This document shows positions 1-12,029 of a stretch of DNA of 64,000 bases, in pieces. The stretch spans positions 124,001 to 188,000 of the forward strand of contig JAWMAR010001270.1 of NCBI GenBank assembly GCA_036785375.1, in the 5' to 3' direction. Below the pieces are notes generated by a model. That model saw nothing but the letters and a program-made list of their open reading frames with translations. It was not told where the DNA came from and ran no database searches. Both the position numbers and the translations under genes were made by a program. This DNA comes from Leucoraja ocellata. Lineage: Eukaryota. Within the stretch, counting starts at the first letter, position 1. Each line of letters begins with the position of its first letter.

Positions 1-389
1 TCTTAATAAGCAAACCTCTTTACAATCTGCCGCAGTGTGTGTGATTTGTTCGTTCGGTACATTCCAATATTACCTTACAATTCATGGGCAATGGAGGACC
101 CGGCGTGGGGAGACCGCCGTGAGGCAGGGGGGAGGGAGGAGAACAACTGGGGACCTGACGCGGGGGTACTTTGTATGCGCCCTTTATGGGCGACTATTTG
201 CGTACCCTGGGTAGGCAAGCAAAGAATTTCACTGTGACGTGTCACATGTGACGACGAAGTATTGAATCTGGTATTTATTGCATATTTTATGCAGGGAGGG
301 TGGATAGATACCTTAAAATGCACTGCTTTTTTGTCTCCCTATTCCTGAATATGTGTTCCTATGGTTCACAGTTTCTTATGTTTCGCCAG

Positions 390-497
390 ATCCAGAAACC
401 ACTGACAAAACACAAATTATTGGATGTGTAGTGGGCGGACTAGTAATTGTGATTCTGATCATATTTTTCACAAGATTCGGATTAAAGGCGCAACCGG
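390..497 (+). CDS. TM exon 1 of an upstream gene B paralog whose L/V/C1 exons lie left of the window
   Basis: Identical to 41600-41707, same splice sites. Confidence 0.8.
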
Positions 498-635
498 GTA
501 AGAACGTTGCATATTTGACCAAGTACTGCAATGTATCGGTTCTGTTCATTGATCAGAGACAGGATACATTCTATTGCAGCGAGAAACACGATTTCAATGT
601 TATTTACTGCTTGAAAATTGATAATAGCCGTCTAT

Positions 636-857
636 CTTTCAAGAGAGAACTAGATAGGGCTCTTCAAGGGAGAGCTAGATAGGGCTCTTCAAGAGAGAGC
701 TAGATAGGGCTCTTAAAGATAGCGGAGTTAGGGGATATGGGGAGAAGGCAGGCACCGGGGTACTGATTGTGGATGATCAGCCATGATCACATTGAATGGC
801 GGTGCTGGCTCGAAGGGCCGAATGGCCTACTCCTACACCTATTGTCTATTGTCTATT
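636..857 (+). mobile_element. CR1 LINE 3' end with an internal 25-bp triplication (copy at ~41846-42067)
   Basis: FKRELD-coding segment, 3' UTR gatcagccatgatc...gaagggccgaatggcctactcctg-type, and (attgtct)n tail. Confidence 0.8.
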
Positions 858-1704
858 TTCTATTGTCAGTCAAACACTGAATCTGAATAGAAAATTATTT
901 CATCTGCCCCACACCTCCCTGGCATCACATATAACCCTTAAAGGTTCCTTCCAGTTTCAACTATTTGGTCAAACGAGGAAATGCAGGAAGCATTTTAAAC
1001 GAGTTCTACATCAGATTAGAAATACAGCTGCGTAGTTGTTCAAACACGAGAGATAGAAGTGTGAATTGTATTATTTGTGATGAAAGACCAACGTGCAAGC
1101 AGCTCAAAAACTAATACCTCATTCAATGCATCCCGACTGAGATGAATTAACAACCTGAATTTATGTGCGGCTTATTTCATAGTAAACAATCGTGAGTATA
1201 TAGGACTGCGCGGCCAGATTCGGCTCAATATCCATCTACAAATTTGTAGACGACACCACGGTTGTGAGCATGATCGCAGACAGTGGCATGTGCGTGTGTC
1301 CCTAGTTCTCGAATTCACTCTTAACCCCCTCTTTTACATCACCCATTGCTAAAATACGTCGTTACATCTTCACGGTGTCTGCACGCGTGTCCTATTATGT
1401 GGATCGATGACAAATTATACTGTTCAATGCTTCTGTTTTTTTTTTAAACTGATGTCTAGTGTAACAATATGAAAAAATAAATCTCTTCTTAACCTTAATC
1501 AATTATCCCCTACAGAAAGAGCTACTTTGTAAAGTGACGCGTTTGCTTGATAATTAAAACATTAACCCATAATTGTTGCAATATGTATTTCCGACAATAT
1601 TTTTTGGTGGGTTGGAGCGTTACTTTTCAATGCTCTGCCTTATTAGCTTTTACTCCCTGTATAATTAATATGTCTTACGGTTTCTTATTTTTCACCTAAT
1701 CCAG

Positions 1705-1806
1705 AATGTACCTATAAAATACTGATTCTCACACGTGCAGTGGGCGGGTTGGTAATTTTACTTTCGATTATAATTTTGACCAGATTAGCATGGACGGCAC
1801 AACATG
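1705..1806 (+). CDS. Candidate TM exon 2 of the upstream gene B paralog (ECTYKILILTRAVGGLVILLSIIILTRLAWTAQH)
   Basis: Copy of 42922-43023. Arg codon CGT at 1734-1736, donor G|gtaaga. Confidence 0.55.
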
Positions 1807-2755
1807 GTAAGAACCTTGGATTGTTCAGTTATTTCAATTGTATTTCTAGAAAAGAGAAAATATGCGTTTTTATTCGGAATTAAACAGAACATCCATAGTA
1901 TTTATCTATTTTACAGTTGGCTATACCATTGTAAACTGCGCCTTAAAATGCAATGATTTCACCTTTCCATTCGAAGTATTCACTCCTCCCCTGAACCATT
2001 GCTTTTTGAACACCTGTGTTTATTCGCCGAAATGTGTCCCTCGTGACAAAACGAGAGGAAACCGAGCGTCCGAGAGCAAAGTAACCCATTTCAATCTGTC
2101 CAAAAGGCCATGCCGGCAAACGGCAACAACCTGTGATCCGACTGACAAATGGAAGTTTATCACTAAATTCAGAATGGGAATTTACACCATGGCCTTGACA
2201 GATGAAACTGATTGCCAGCGATCAAACACAAATACATCAAAACGGCTCTGTGCAATATTAGTACTTCACATGGATAGTATCCTATGTGTTTAAGAATTTA
2301 ACGAATCTCTTAATCTGGCCTTCAATGTCGCCTGTTTGACGTTTGTTCCTTCTCCTTATGACCCCGTGGATTTATTCCGGGTGTTCCTGCTTTCTAGCAC
2401 ATCTCAAAGATGTGTGGAATGGCGGGTTAATTATCCCATGTAATATGCTCATCTGGTAGAGGACTGCTAAAGTTTGGGGGCGCAGGGGAGGTTAATGACA
2501 ATATGAAGATAATAAAGTAGAATTTGGGTTAATGGGAGTTTGACGGTCGGCGCAGACTTGGATCCGCGTAACTACGACATAGTTATGTGGACCAAGATCG
2601 GCTCATGTAAAAATCGAGAAAAATATTGATATAAAATCCATATATCCTTTCTGCAAACTAAAATGTATAATTGTTGAATACCTTAGAATGTTATTGGAAA
2701 TAAAAACGATTGTTTTTACGATGGACTAACGGCCGATATGGAATTACTTCCACAG

Positions 2756-2866
2756 ACTAAAGGAGGGGGAGCCAACAAGCTGTTCCGCATCTTCCCAACT
2801 AATAACAAATCAACAACTAAGCAAAACGGCAAACACGCAAAGGTTTCAAAGAAAGCGAGAAGTTGA
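2756..2866 (+). CDS. Tyrosine-less terminal-exon homolog of the upstream gene B paralog
   Basis: gactaac...ttacttccacag|ACTAAAGG; copy of 44058-44168. Confidence 0.5.
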   Translation, partial: TKGGGANKLFRIFPTNNKSTTKQNGKHAKVSKKARS

Positions 2867-3408
2867 GAAACAAAATACATTTCGTTTCTGTGGACTGTAA
2901 GGAATTACGGGTTCGAAGTATTGTTCCTTTGTATCTACTGCATGCAGTCAAAACAACGATGGAGGTCACAGATACAGGAGAGGATGGTGAAACGTTCGTT
3001 TTCACATTAGGCATTATGATAAACTGCAGAAATTGTCGCTGAATATGTTAATTTACCGAGTGTTCAATGTCGAAAGCGATAGCAGTTTAAAGCGGATAGC
3101 AAAACTAAACACCTGCGCTAGTTTATTTAGGATGCTTTCAAACAACCTTACAGATGGCGAGACTTCACGAACATTTCGCAACTCATTTCAAACCAAATGC
3201 CAATTAATTACATTTTAAAATGAAATAACGTTCCATTCATTAAATCACTTTCTTTTGCAAATCAAGCCATGGTTTACAGTTCATCAGCTGTTATGAAATG
3301 CGACGGCGTGGAGACAAACTACAGAAGGAACTTTGTCGCTGAACCGACAGAAGGCACATTGGAAGTCAGAGCATTCAATACAGACGTTGGGAGGCCATGG
3401 TACAGTAG

Positions 3409-4050
3409 CATAAGAAACACAGAAACATAGAAACATAGAAAATATGTGCAGGAGGAGGCCATTCGGCCCTTCGAGCCAGCACCGCCATTCATTGCGATCA
3501 TGGCTGATCGTCCCCAATCAATAACCCGTGCCTGCCTTCTCCCCATATCCCTTGATTCCACTAGTCACTAGCCACCATCTAACTCTCTCTTAAATCCATC
3601 CAGTGATTTGGCCTCCACTGCCCTCTGTGGCAGGGAATTCCACAAATTCACAACTCTCTGAGTGAAAAAGTGTTTTCTCACCTCAGTCTTAAATGGCCTC
3701 CCCTTTAAAACTGTGCCCCCTGGTTCTGGACTCGCCCAACATTAGGAACATTTTTCCTGCATCTAGCTCGACCAGTCCTTTTATAATTTTATATGTTTCT
3801 ACAATATCTCCCTCTCATCCTTCTAATCTCCAGTGAATACCTCTGTTCAATCTTTCCACATATGACAATCCCACCATCCCCGGGATCAACCTTGTGAACC
3901 TACGCTGCACTGCCTCAATCACAAGGATGTCCTTCCTCAAATTAGGAGACCAAAACTGTACACAATACTCCAGATGTGGTCTTACCAGAGCCCTATACAA
4001 CTGCAGAAGAACCTCTCTAACCCTATACTGAAATCCTCTTGTTATGAAGC
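3409..4050 (-). mobile_element. 5'-truncated CR1 LINE (copy at ~44711-45350)
   Basis: Minus-strand [22 protein letters not shown] and (catagaaa)n tail. Confidence 0.9.
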
Positions 4051-4215
4051 TATAGCAATGTGACCAAATCTTCCTATCGTTCTGAATTATTTTTAATAAG
4101 CGATGCATTTAATAATATCTAGGTCCTGGGTCATTCGGGTATAAACATTCTCGCCAGCTGAGCTACTGTGTGTGTATGGACCTGCGTATTCATTTCAATG
4201 AGATTTATAAATAAA

Positions 4216-5354
4216 CTATACTAAGTGGGATCCGTTGGGTCCCTGTCACACAAGAGGCTTGGTTCCCCAACGCAATATTGCATCACTCACCCATAGCCCC
4301 CAACTGCACGGGCGCAGCTCATTTCCCCTCATCCCTAGCACTCTCGCCCCTCCCCTTCACCCTCCCTCTTCATTCCCATCTATTCATCCCCTCCACCACC
4401 ACCCCCTTCACCTCTCTCTCCCTCTCCTTTCCCCTACCCTCAGTCACTCCCCCCCCTCCATAACTGCTCTCACTTCCCTAATCCCCTCCTCTCCCTCTAT
4501 TTCCCCTCCTCTCCTACTTTCCCTCCTCACTTCTACACTATCCTCCTACCCTCCCCCAAATCTTCCCTCGCCTCTCCTTGCCCCTACCCTCAGTCACACT
4601 CTCCCTCCCTCCATAACTCATCCCCCCCCTCCTCCCCCACTCCCCCTCCCCAGGGTCTCGAGGTTGCCGCTCCTCTCCCTTCTTATGAGCCCTGGAGGCG
4701 CATCAGCCGTCGGCGCCCTCAGAGCCAGGCCTCGGATCGGCCCGGAAGCACCAGCAGCTGTGTCTTTGTGCCAGCGTGTAGGGGGGGGGGGAGAGATCAG
4801 AGAAAAGACGGGGGAAGAGTCATGGGGAGAGGGGGTATCACGGGGAAGGGGGCAGGGTCCAGCGAGGGGCACGAGAGGGGAAGAGGCAGGAGCTGGGGGG
4901 CTTTGCGATGGTGGTATGTTTGGGACTCACAGTGGTCGCTGGACTTTCTCCTCCGCCGAGGTCAGATTCACCACTTTCCATTTGGCGACGTCTGCCATGC
5001 AGCGCCGCTTCCGGTACCTCCGAAAATGGTGTCCGGTTGGGGACCTACGTCGGCCACCCACGGCGTCTCTCAGCTCCAATAAAGACGCGATGGCGCAGGA
5101 AGGGGCGCACCGTCCTGATGAGTGACAGGAAAAGAGACCATTTCCGCGCGGCGCTGACTGGCAGGAGAGGAGATCGATCTGCACCTGCGCAGTTTTACAG
5201 ATTTTTATATCTCGCTAACGTTTACAATAGGACAATAGCACAGCACAACGGTGAGTAAGAAAAATCATAGCACTGTCCCGTACCACTTTTGCGCAAATAG
5301 AAAAACTACGCAAACCGGAAGAGCAGAAGATCACAAGATCAGAGCTTTCGTTAT
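4216..5354 (-). mobile_element. Non-autonomous Helitron-like element (complete copy at 45518-46679)
   Basis: Minus strand ends with hairpin GGGACCCAACGGATCCC, 7 nt, then ATAG|T. Copy 2 begins A|TCTGTACATAACTAAAGCTCTGATCTTG. Internal pyrimidine-rich low-complexity tract. Confidence 0.6.
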
Positions 5355-5582
5355 NNNNNNNNNNNNNNNNNNNNNNNNNNNNNNNNNNNNNNNNNNNNNN
5401 NNNNNNNNNNNNNNNNNNNNNNNNNNNNNNNNNNNNNNNNNNNNNNNNNNNNNNNNNNNNNNNNNNNNNNNNNNNNNNNNNNNNNNNNNNNNNNNNNNNN
5501 NNNNNNNNNNNNNNNNNNNNNNNNNNNNNNNNNNNNNNNNNNNNNNNNNNNNNNNNNNNNNNNNNNNNNNNNNNNNNNNNNN
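5355..5582. other. Assembly gap (N run)
   Basis: N bases. Confidence 1.
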
Positions 5583-6188
5583 ACAAAGTGCTGCACATCA
5601 CTAATCATTGACAAAAAAGTTAATACACACCAAAAATAACAATCAAAATAAATAGTAGGAAAAGACATGTAAAATAAAGAAACATCAAAAACACCAAAAA
5701 CAGAAGCAAAGTCTCAGGCATGGTCTAAAGCCAGGGAGTACAAATGTGTTTTAACACTGGATTTGAAGATGGACAGTGAGGGGGCCTGTCTGATGTGCAA
5801 CGGCAGGGTGTTCCAGAGTGCCGGAGCAGCAACAGAGAAGGCTCTATCCCCTCTGAGCCTCCGACTAGACCTCGGTACCTCCAGGAGCAGCTGACCAGCT
5901 GACCTGAGGGACCGGGCAGGAGCGTATGGGTGGAGCAGCTCAGAGAGGTAAGGTGGGGCGAGCCCATTCAGAGATTTAAAAACAAATAACAGTATCTTAA
6001 AATGAACTCGAAAGTGCACCGGGAGCCAGTGGAGGGAGGCCAGAATTGGCGATATGTGCTCCCTCTTTCGAGTCCCTGTTAAAAGGCAAGCAACCGCATT
6101 CTGAACCAACTGGAGACGAGCCAGTGAAGAACGAGCAACTCCAAAATGGAGCGCGTTACAGTAATCCAGCCTAGATGTAATAAAGGCA
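5583..6188 (-). mobile_element. L2-clade LINE 3' fragment, seen only in duplication copy 1
   Basis: ORF SRLDYCNAL...LQLVQN...HISPILASLHWLPV...RAFSVAAP, typical of the L2 ORF2 C-terminus. Confidence 0.85.
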
Positions 6189-8499
6189 TAGGTTAGAAAG
6201 TTCAGATTGGATTCCAACAGGCTGGTTAAACTTTCGAGGTGGATTGGCTTAAATAAAGATGCTGTCGCTTTAACCTCTGCTATTGGTTCCAGTCTGTCAG
6301 CACAAAGTTGGGAGCCTGGTCCGGTTGACCAGGCGGTGATAATTATGAGAATTTACAGCTATTTGAATGCAGCAAAACTAGAGTCTTCACTCAGGAGTAG
6401 GTCGCACCTCCCCAGCTGATGGGCCCTTTTCTTGCTCTCTATCGCCCACCCTATCAAGTGGGCAAACGCAGAGCCAACCCGTAATATGAGTGGGAGCATT
6501 TTCTCAGTCAGACTTTGTCGACAGTTGGGGTGGGGGATCTGGGAGAGAGAGAGCTGGTGATGCCGCACAGATGTAACAGTTTAATAACGACCCATTAAAA
6601 TCCACCCTTCAGCCATTCGGCAACCTGGGCTGATCTGATCTGACAGCCCTCTCACTAGCTCGCCGCTTGCCCAATCCTAATGTAGAGCCTCCACAAAACC
6701 TTTGGGCTTCAGGTAACACCTGCAGAAAGAGCCTCTGCTAACAAGGGCAGGCAAACTGTGCTGGTCAATGTGCACTGTGCGAGATGGCTGGGGGAAATGT
6801 ACTGCAACCACCGCAAACTTGGAACAGCACAGACACTCCACTCAATCTATCCAATACTAAAAGGTGGGCATTTCGCAGTTAAATGTCTTATATTGGATTG
6901 GAAGCTTCTTCACAGGGCCAACACTTTACTAATTTTTCCTCTGAGATTAATCTTTGCCTGAATGGTACATTCACACCGCCTGTAGGTAAAGCATCAGCCC
7001 ACATCACACCGATACAGTCGCTGCCTGCCTCAGGTTATATATATGTTTACACATAAATTATGAATAAGACAATGTTTCCAACGTAATATTTTCTTATTTC
7101 AGTACATATTAAGGATTCAATGAAAATAATAAATAAATTTTGAATATCTCACAATTGCAGATTAATGAACTGAACTAGAACTGGGACTGTGTAACAACAG
7201 AACAAGAAAGGAAGAAAATGAGTTGACAGAATTCTACATTAATTCCTTGGTAGAATAGTAAATGATTTATACACAGTTTATACAGTGCTGTGTTTGCTTT
7301 TATTATCCCGAATGACCTTTGACAAATCCCATAATTCCTTACGTTTATCAAGATACCGAACTTGTTTATCCTACGAGGGATGCACAACTGAAACATAAGA
7401 ATTACCTTTCAGGCAATTACAGTGCAAGTGGGGAGATAGTTATACACATGAGAACCTCGTTACCGAGTTCCTAGCATGAAGAGTTATCCCGGATTTTCTC
7501 GATTCATCTGCGCAAACGATTGCTTTTCAATTTTAGACCGCAATGTATCTCAGGTCGAAAGTTTTCACCTGGTGAAAGGGAGGAGACCAAGCTCGATTTC
7601 TCACCCTTCCATGCAAAATTGAATCAAATTCATTATAAAAGGAGAATACTGGAAGTACTTAGTAAACCCACAACATCCGTGAAAACAGAGCATTATCTTT
7701 ATTTATAGTGGATTTTGTGTATCTGTTTGTTTAATCGAATCACATTGTCACTCTCTGTCATGTGATGGATCTTTACTTTTGTTGTCTGGTATGGTATAAT
7801 GCTCATAATATTAACCAGAAAATGCACATTGTGATATTAGAAATTTGACAATAAGGCCGTAAAAGTTGTCTTCTGTGTCCTGGTTCTGTGGACCAGAAAT
7901 AACAAGCAGAATTTTCAATCCTCTCAGTCTAGTTACAGAGTGCATTCATGTACATTTCAGTTAAAGTCGAATCACGGTTCAGTTAATGTCGAATACGAAA
8001 GGGAATACGAGGTCCTGCAGCCAAAAATACAATTTCAGCAAGGATTGGAATGAAGCACTAATTCCATTTGTCTGAGTATTCGCGGATTGCTTCGGTGTGA
8101 GAGATTCATACTCTCCAACTTTCTGGATGAAAAATTGCTTCCTGTTGAATGTTGAATGGCCCAATCTTATTTCCAAAATTACCTCTCACTCTGTGGATCC
8201 ATCATCAGAAAAATAATTGCGATTTCATAACCTCCTACCTCTGCTGGAGGAGTGGGCTCCTCCTGGTGGCTTCACAGAATATTGCAGACGTTTATCACCT
8301 ATCCCCAACATCATGAGTAAATTTCGCCAGCGAGAGAGGATGTTGCAGAACTCTCGTCGGCGCTTCTTCCACCTAGGCCGCAAATCCAATATCCATATGT
8401 TAGTTGCTACCAACATTTCAGCACTCCCACATTCCCGAAGCGGATGATTGCATAGTACTCATCGTACTGCCCCTATCTGTATGTCATCTGCCAGGCTCA

Positions 8500-8628
8500 A
8501 TTTGAAGAAGGGTTTCCGCCCGAAACGTTGCCTATTTCCCTCGCTCCATAGATGCTGCTGCACCCGCTGAGTTTCTCCAGCATTTTTGTCCACCTTCGAT
8601 TTTCCAGCATCTGCAGTTCCTTCTTAAA
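8500..8628 (+). mobile_element. Penelope-type terminal repeat fragment
   Basis: gaagaagggtttccgcccgaaacgttgcc...gctgagtttctccagc; related sequences recur across the window. Confidence 0.55.
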
Positions 8629-8893
8629 CAATTCACTTGATCTAATTTCATTCTACACTATAATTTATTATACATTTTTTCTTCACAATGACAATAGTTG
8701 AGCAAAACCACTTGGTCTTCTTCTTCTTGCGTATGACGTGCACAGCCTAAAGTTGTAGGACAACTTGGTCTAGTTAATCTTATTTGATTTTGCACGCATT
8801 CATTGAAACAGGGCGGACCACGTGAAGGTTGCAATCTTCCACCACTACCACTTGACCAATTCATTAGGTTTATAGAATATAAGAACGGTGAAC

Positions 8894-8957
<64 letters not shown>
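8894..8957 (+). repeat. (AAT)n microsatellite, ~21 units, at the tail of an L2 fragment (~8958-9160, minus strand)
   Basis: Direct inspection. The equivalent site in copy 2 is an N gap. Confidence 0.95.
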
Positions 8958-8958
<1 letters not shown>

Positions 8959-9391
8959 TATTTATTTATAGAGCACTTTAAAAACAACCACTGTTGCAAC
9001 AAAGTGCTGTACATGACTAATCATGGACAAAAAATTATTACACGACAATAAAAACATTAAAAGAGAGTACAAACAATAAAATTAAAAACATTAAAAGCAC
9101 TAAAACAGGAGCAAAGTCTCAAGCAGGGTCAAAAGCCAAGGAATATAAATGTGTTTTAATACTGGTTAATAATAATGGAGAAGAAGCACATACATTGGGG
9201 AGTGGACATGGAACGGTGGAGCGGGGTGATGAGTCAAGTAACACGAGGGGTATAGAAAATGTGAAAATGGGAGAGATACGCTGGGTGGACTTGTGCGAGT
9301 GAGAAAGACACACAGGGCCAGTGGGTTACATGTAAGTGGAAAGATCAGTGTTCATGCCACTGAGTGGCATGTTCTGTCTAAGCGGTATGAA

Positions 9392-9722
9392 CATTGACTT
9401 CTCTAACTTCAACTAACCATTGCTTTCCCTCTCTATCCATCCCTCCCCCTTCCCAGTTCTTCGACCAGTCTTCCTGTCTCCAACTACATTTTATCTTTGT
9501 TTGCTTTGTTGTTACCTTCTCTCGGCTAACAATGATCTATTCTACATTGCCCTTGATCTCCATTCCCTTTGCCCTGTTTTCACAACTTCAAACTTCCTTA
9601 TCTATCTATATCCCTCCCCCCTGACGTCAGTCTGAAGAAGGTCTAGACCTGAAACGTTACTCATTCCTTCTCTCTACCTGTCCCTCTGAGTTACTCCAGC
9701 ATTCTGTGTCTATCTCTGGTTT
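9392..9722 (+). mobile_element. Penelope-type 3' repeat with a minimal hammerhead-like motif at 9629-9661
   Basis: ttgacttctctaacttcaa...cagtCTGAAGAaggtctagacctGAAACGTTact...ctgagttactccagc. Confidence 0.6.
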
Positions 9723-9729
9723 ATAGAGA

Positions 9730-11870
9730 ACCGGCCTCCACCACCTTCTGAGGCAGAGAATTCCACAGACTCACAACTCTCTGTATGAAAAAGGTATTCT
9801 TCATCTCCGTTCTAAATGGCTTACCCCTTATTCTTAAACTGTGACCCCTGGTTCTGGACTCCCTCAAAATCGGGAACATGTTTCCTGCCTCTAGCTTGTC
9901 CAATCTTATATGTTTCAATAAAACGCACTCCCATCCTAAATTCCAGAGTATACAAGCCCAGCGGCTCCATTCTATCAACATATGATAATCCCACCATCCC
10001 GGGAATTAACCTGGTGAACCTACGCTGCACTCCCTCAATAGCAAGAATGCCCTTCCTCAGATTTGGAGACCAAAACTGCAATAAATATTCCAGGTGTGGT
10101 CTCACTAGTGCCCTGTACAACAGCAGAAAGACCTCTTTGCTCCTGTACTCAACTCCTCTTGTTATGAAGGCCATTTGCTTTTTTTCCCAACTTGACACCA
10201 TATAGATAATAACCTGCCTTCCTGTTTTGCCACCAAAGTGGATAACCTCACATTTATCCACATAAAACGGCATCTGCCATGCATCTGCCCACTCACCCAA
10301 CCTGTCCAAGTCATGCTGCATCCTCATAGCATCCTCCTCACAGGTCACACTGCCACCCAGCTTTGTGTCATTCGCAAATTTGCTAATGTTATTTTTCATC
10401 CCTTCATCAAAATCATTATCGTATATTGTAAATAGCTGCAGTCCCAGCACCGAGCCTTGCGGTACCCCACTAGTCACTGCCTACCATTCTGTAAGGGACC
10501 CGTTAATCCCTACTCTTTTCCTGTCTGCTAACCAATTTTCTATCCATCAGCATTCTACCACCAATACCATGTGCCCTAATTTTGCCCACTAAGCTCCTAT
10601 GTGGGGCCTTATCAAATGCTTTCTGAAAGTCCAGGTACACTACATCCACTGGCTCTCCCTTGTCTATTTTCCCAGTTAAATCCTCAAAAAATTCCAGAAG
10701 ATTAGTCTAGCATGATTTCCCCTTCGTAAAACCATGCTGACTCTGACTGATCCTGCTACTGTTATCCAAATGTGTGGCTATTTCATATTTTATAATTAAT
10801 TCCAGCATCTTCCCCACCAATGTCAGACTAACTGGTCTATAAATCCCTGTTTTCTCCCTCCCGCCTTTCTTAAACAGTGGGATAACATTAGCTACCCTCC
10901 AATCCACAGGAACTGATCCTGAATCTACAGAACATTGGAAAATAATCACCAATGCGTCCATGATTTCCAGAGCCACCTCCTTAAGTACCCTGGGATGCAG
11001 GTCATCGGGCCCTGGGGATTTATCAATCTTAAGTCCCATCAGTCTACCCAACACCATTTCCTGCCTAATGTGCATTTCCTTCAGTTCCTCCGTCACCCTA
11101 GATCTTATGGCCACTGGTACATCAGGGAGATTGTTTGTGTCCTCCTTAGTGAAGATGGATCCAAAGTACCTGTTCAACTCGTCTGCAATTTCCTTGTTCC
11201 CCATAATAAATTCACCTTTCTCAGTCTTCAATGGTCCAACTTTGATCCTAACTTTTTTTTTTCCTCTTCACATACCTAAATAACATTTTAATATCCTCCT
11301 TTATATTCTGGGCCATCTTACCTTCGTACCTCATCTTTTCTCCCCGTATTGCCTTTTTAGTTATCTTCTGTTGCTCATTAAACGTTTCCCAATCTTCTGG
11401 CTTCCTGTTCATCTATGCTATTTTATGTCTTCTCTTTTATTTTTATATTGTCCCTGACTTCCCTTGTCAGCCACGGTCGCCCCTTACTCCCCTTGGAATC
11501 TTTCTTGCTCTTTGGAATGAACTGATCCTGCACCTTCAGTATTATTCCAAGAAATACCTGCCATTGTTGAATCCATTGCCATCCCTGCTAGGGTATCTTT
11601 CCAGTCAACTTTGGCCAGCTCTTCCCTCATCGCTTCATAATCCCCTTTGTTCAACTGTAATACTGACACCTCCGATTTATCCTTCACCCTCTCAAATTGT
11701 AGATTAAAATTTATCAGATTATGGTCACCACCTCCTAATGGCTCCTTGACATCGAGTTCCCTTTATCAAATGCGGTTTATTACACAACACTAAATCCAAA
11801 ATTGCCTTCTCCCTGGTAGGTTCCAGTACAAGCTGCTCTAAGAATCCATCTCGGAGGCACGCCACAAACT
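9730..11870 (-). mobile_element. CR1 LINE ORF2 (RT) fragment, degenerate (copy at ~50852-53072)
   Basis: Minus-strand ORFs KSPGPD.LHPRVLKE, YRPVSLT, SQHGF, GVPQGSVLG and ISKFANDTKL, with frameshifts. Confidence 0.95.
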
Positions 11871-11930
11871 CACTATATTTCTATATATTATGTCGTTCAC
11901 ATTTCCCCTGTTTCTCTCTTGATCCATAAG

Positions 11931-12029
11931 ATGCAGATAAAAACCTAATTATCGGATGCGCAGTGGGTGTCTTGGCAGTTTTAATTTTGGCCATTATCTT
12001 GATAAGGCTCCAATTAAAGGCACAAAATG
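11931..12029 (+). pseudogene. Orphan TM exon 3 (DADKNLIIGCAVGVLAVLILAIILIRLQLKAQN)
   Basis: Paralog of TM1. The homologous acceptor reads TG and the GAA codon reads TAA. In-frame AGs at 11929-11930 and 11935-11936. Donor G|gtgaga. No V or C1 exon recognised upstream. Confidence 0.65.

Noticed and set aside
4235-5258. 296-aa and overlapping ORFs, with copies at 45537-46524
   Set aside because: Low-complexity GC-rich repeat sequence; the frames are broken differently in the two copies.
7538-7760. Possible decayed V exon after ttttag (reads ...NVSQVESF...) upstream of orphan TM3
   Set aside because: No recoverable Cys, Trp or YYC motif in any frame; the similarity is too weak without a profile search.
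8658-9051. Poly-Ile ORFs resembling TM proteins
   Set aside because: Translation of the (AAT)n microsatellite.
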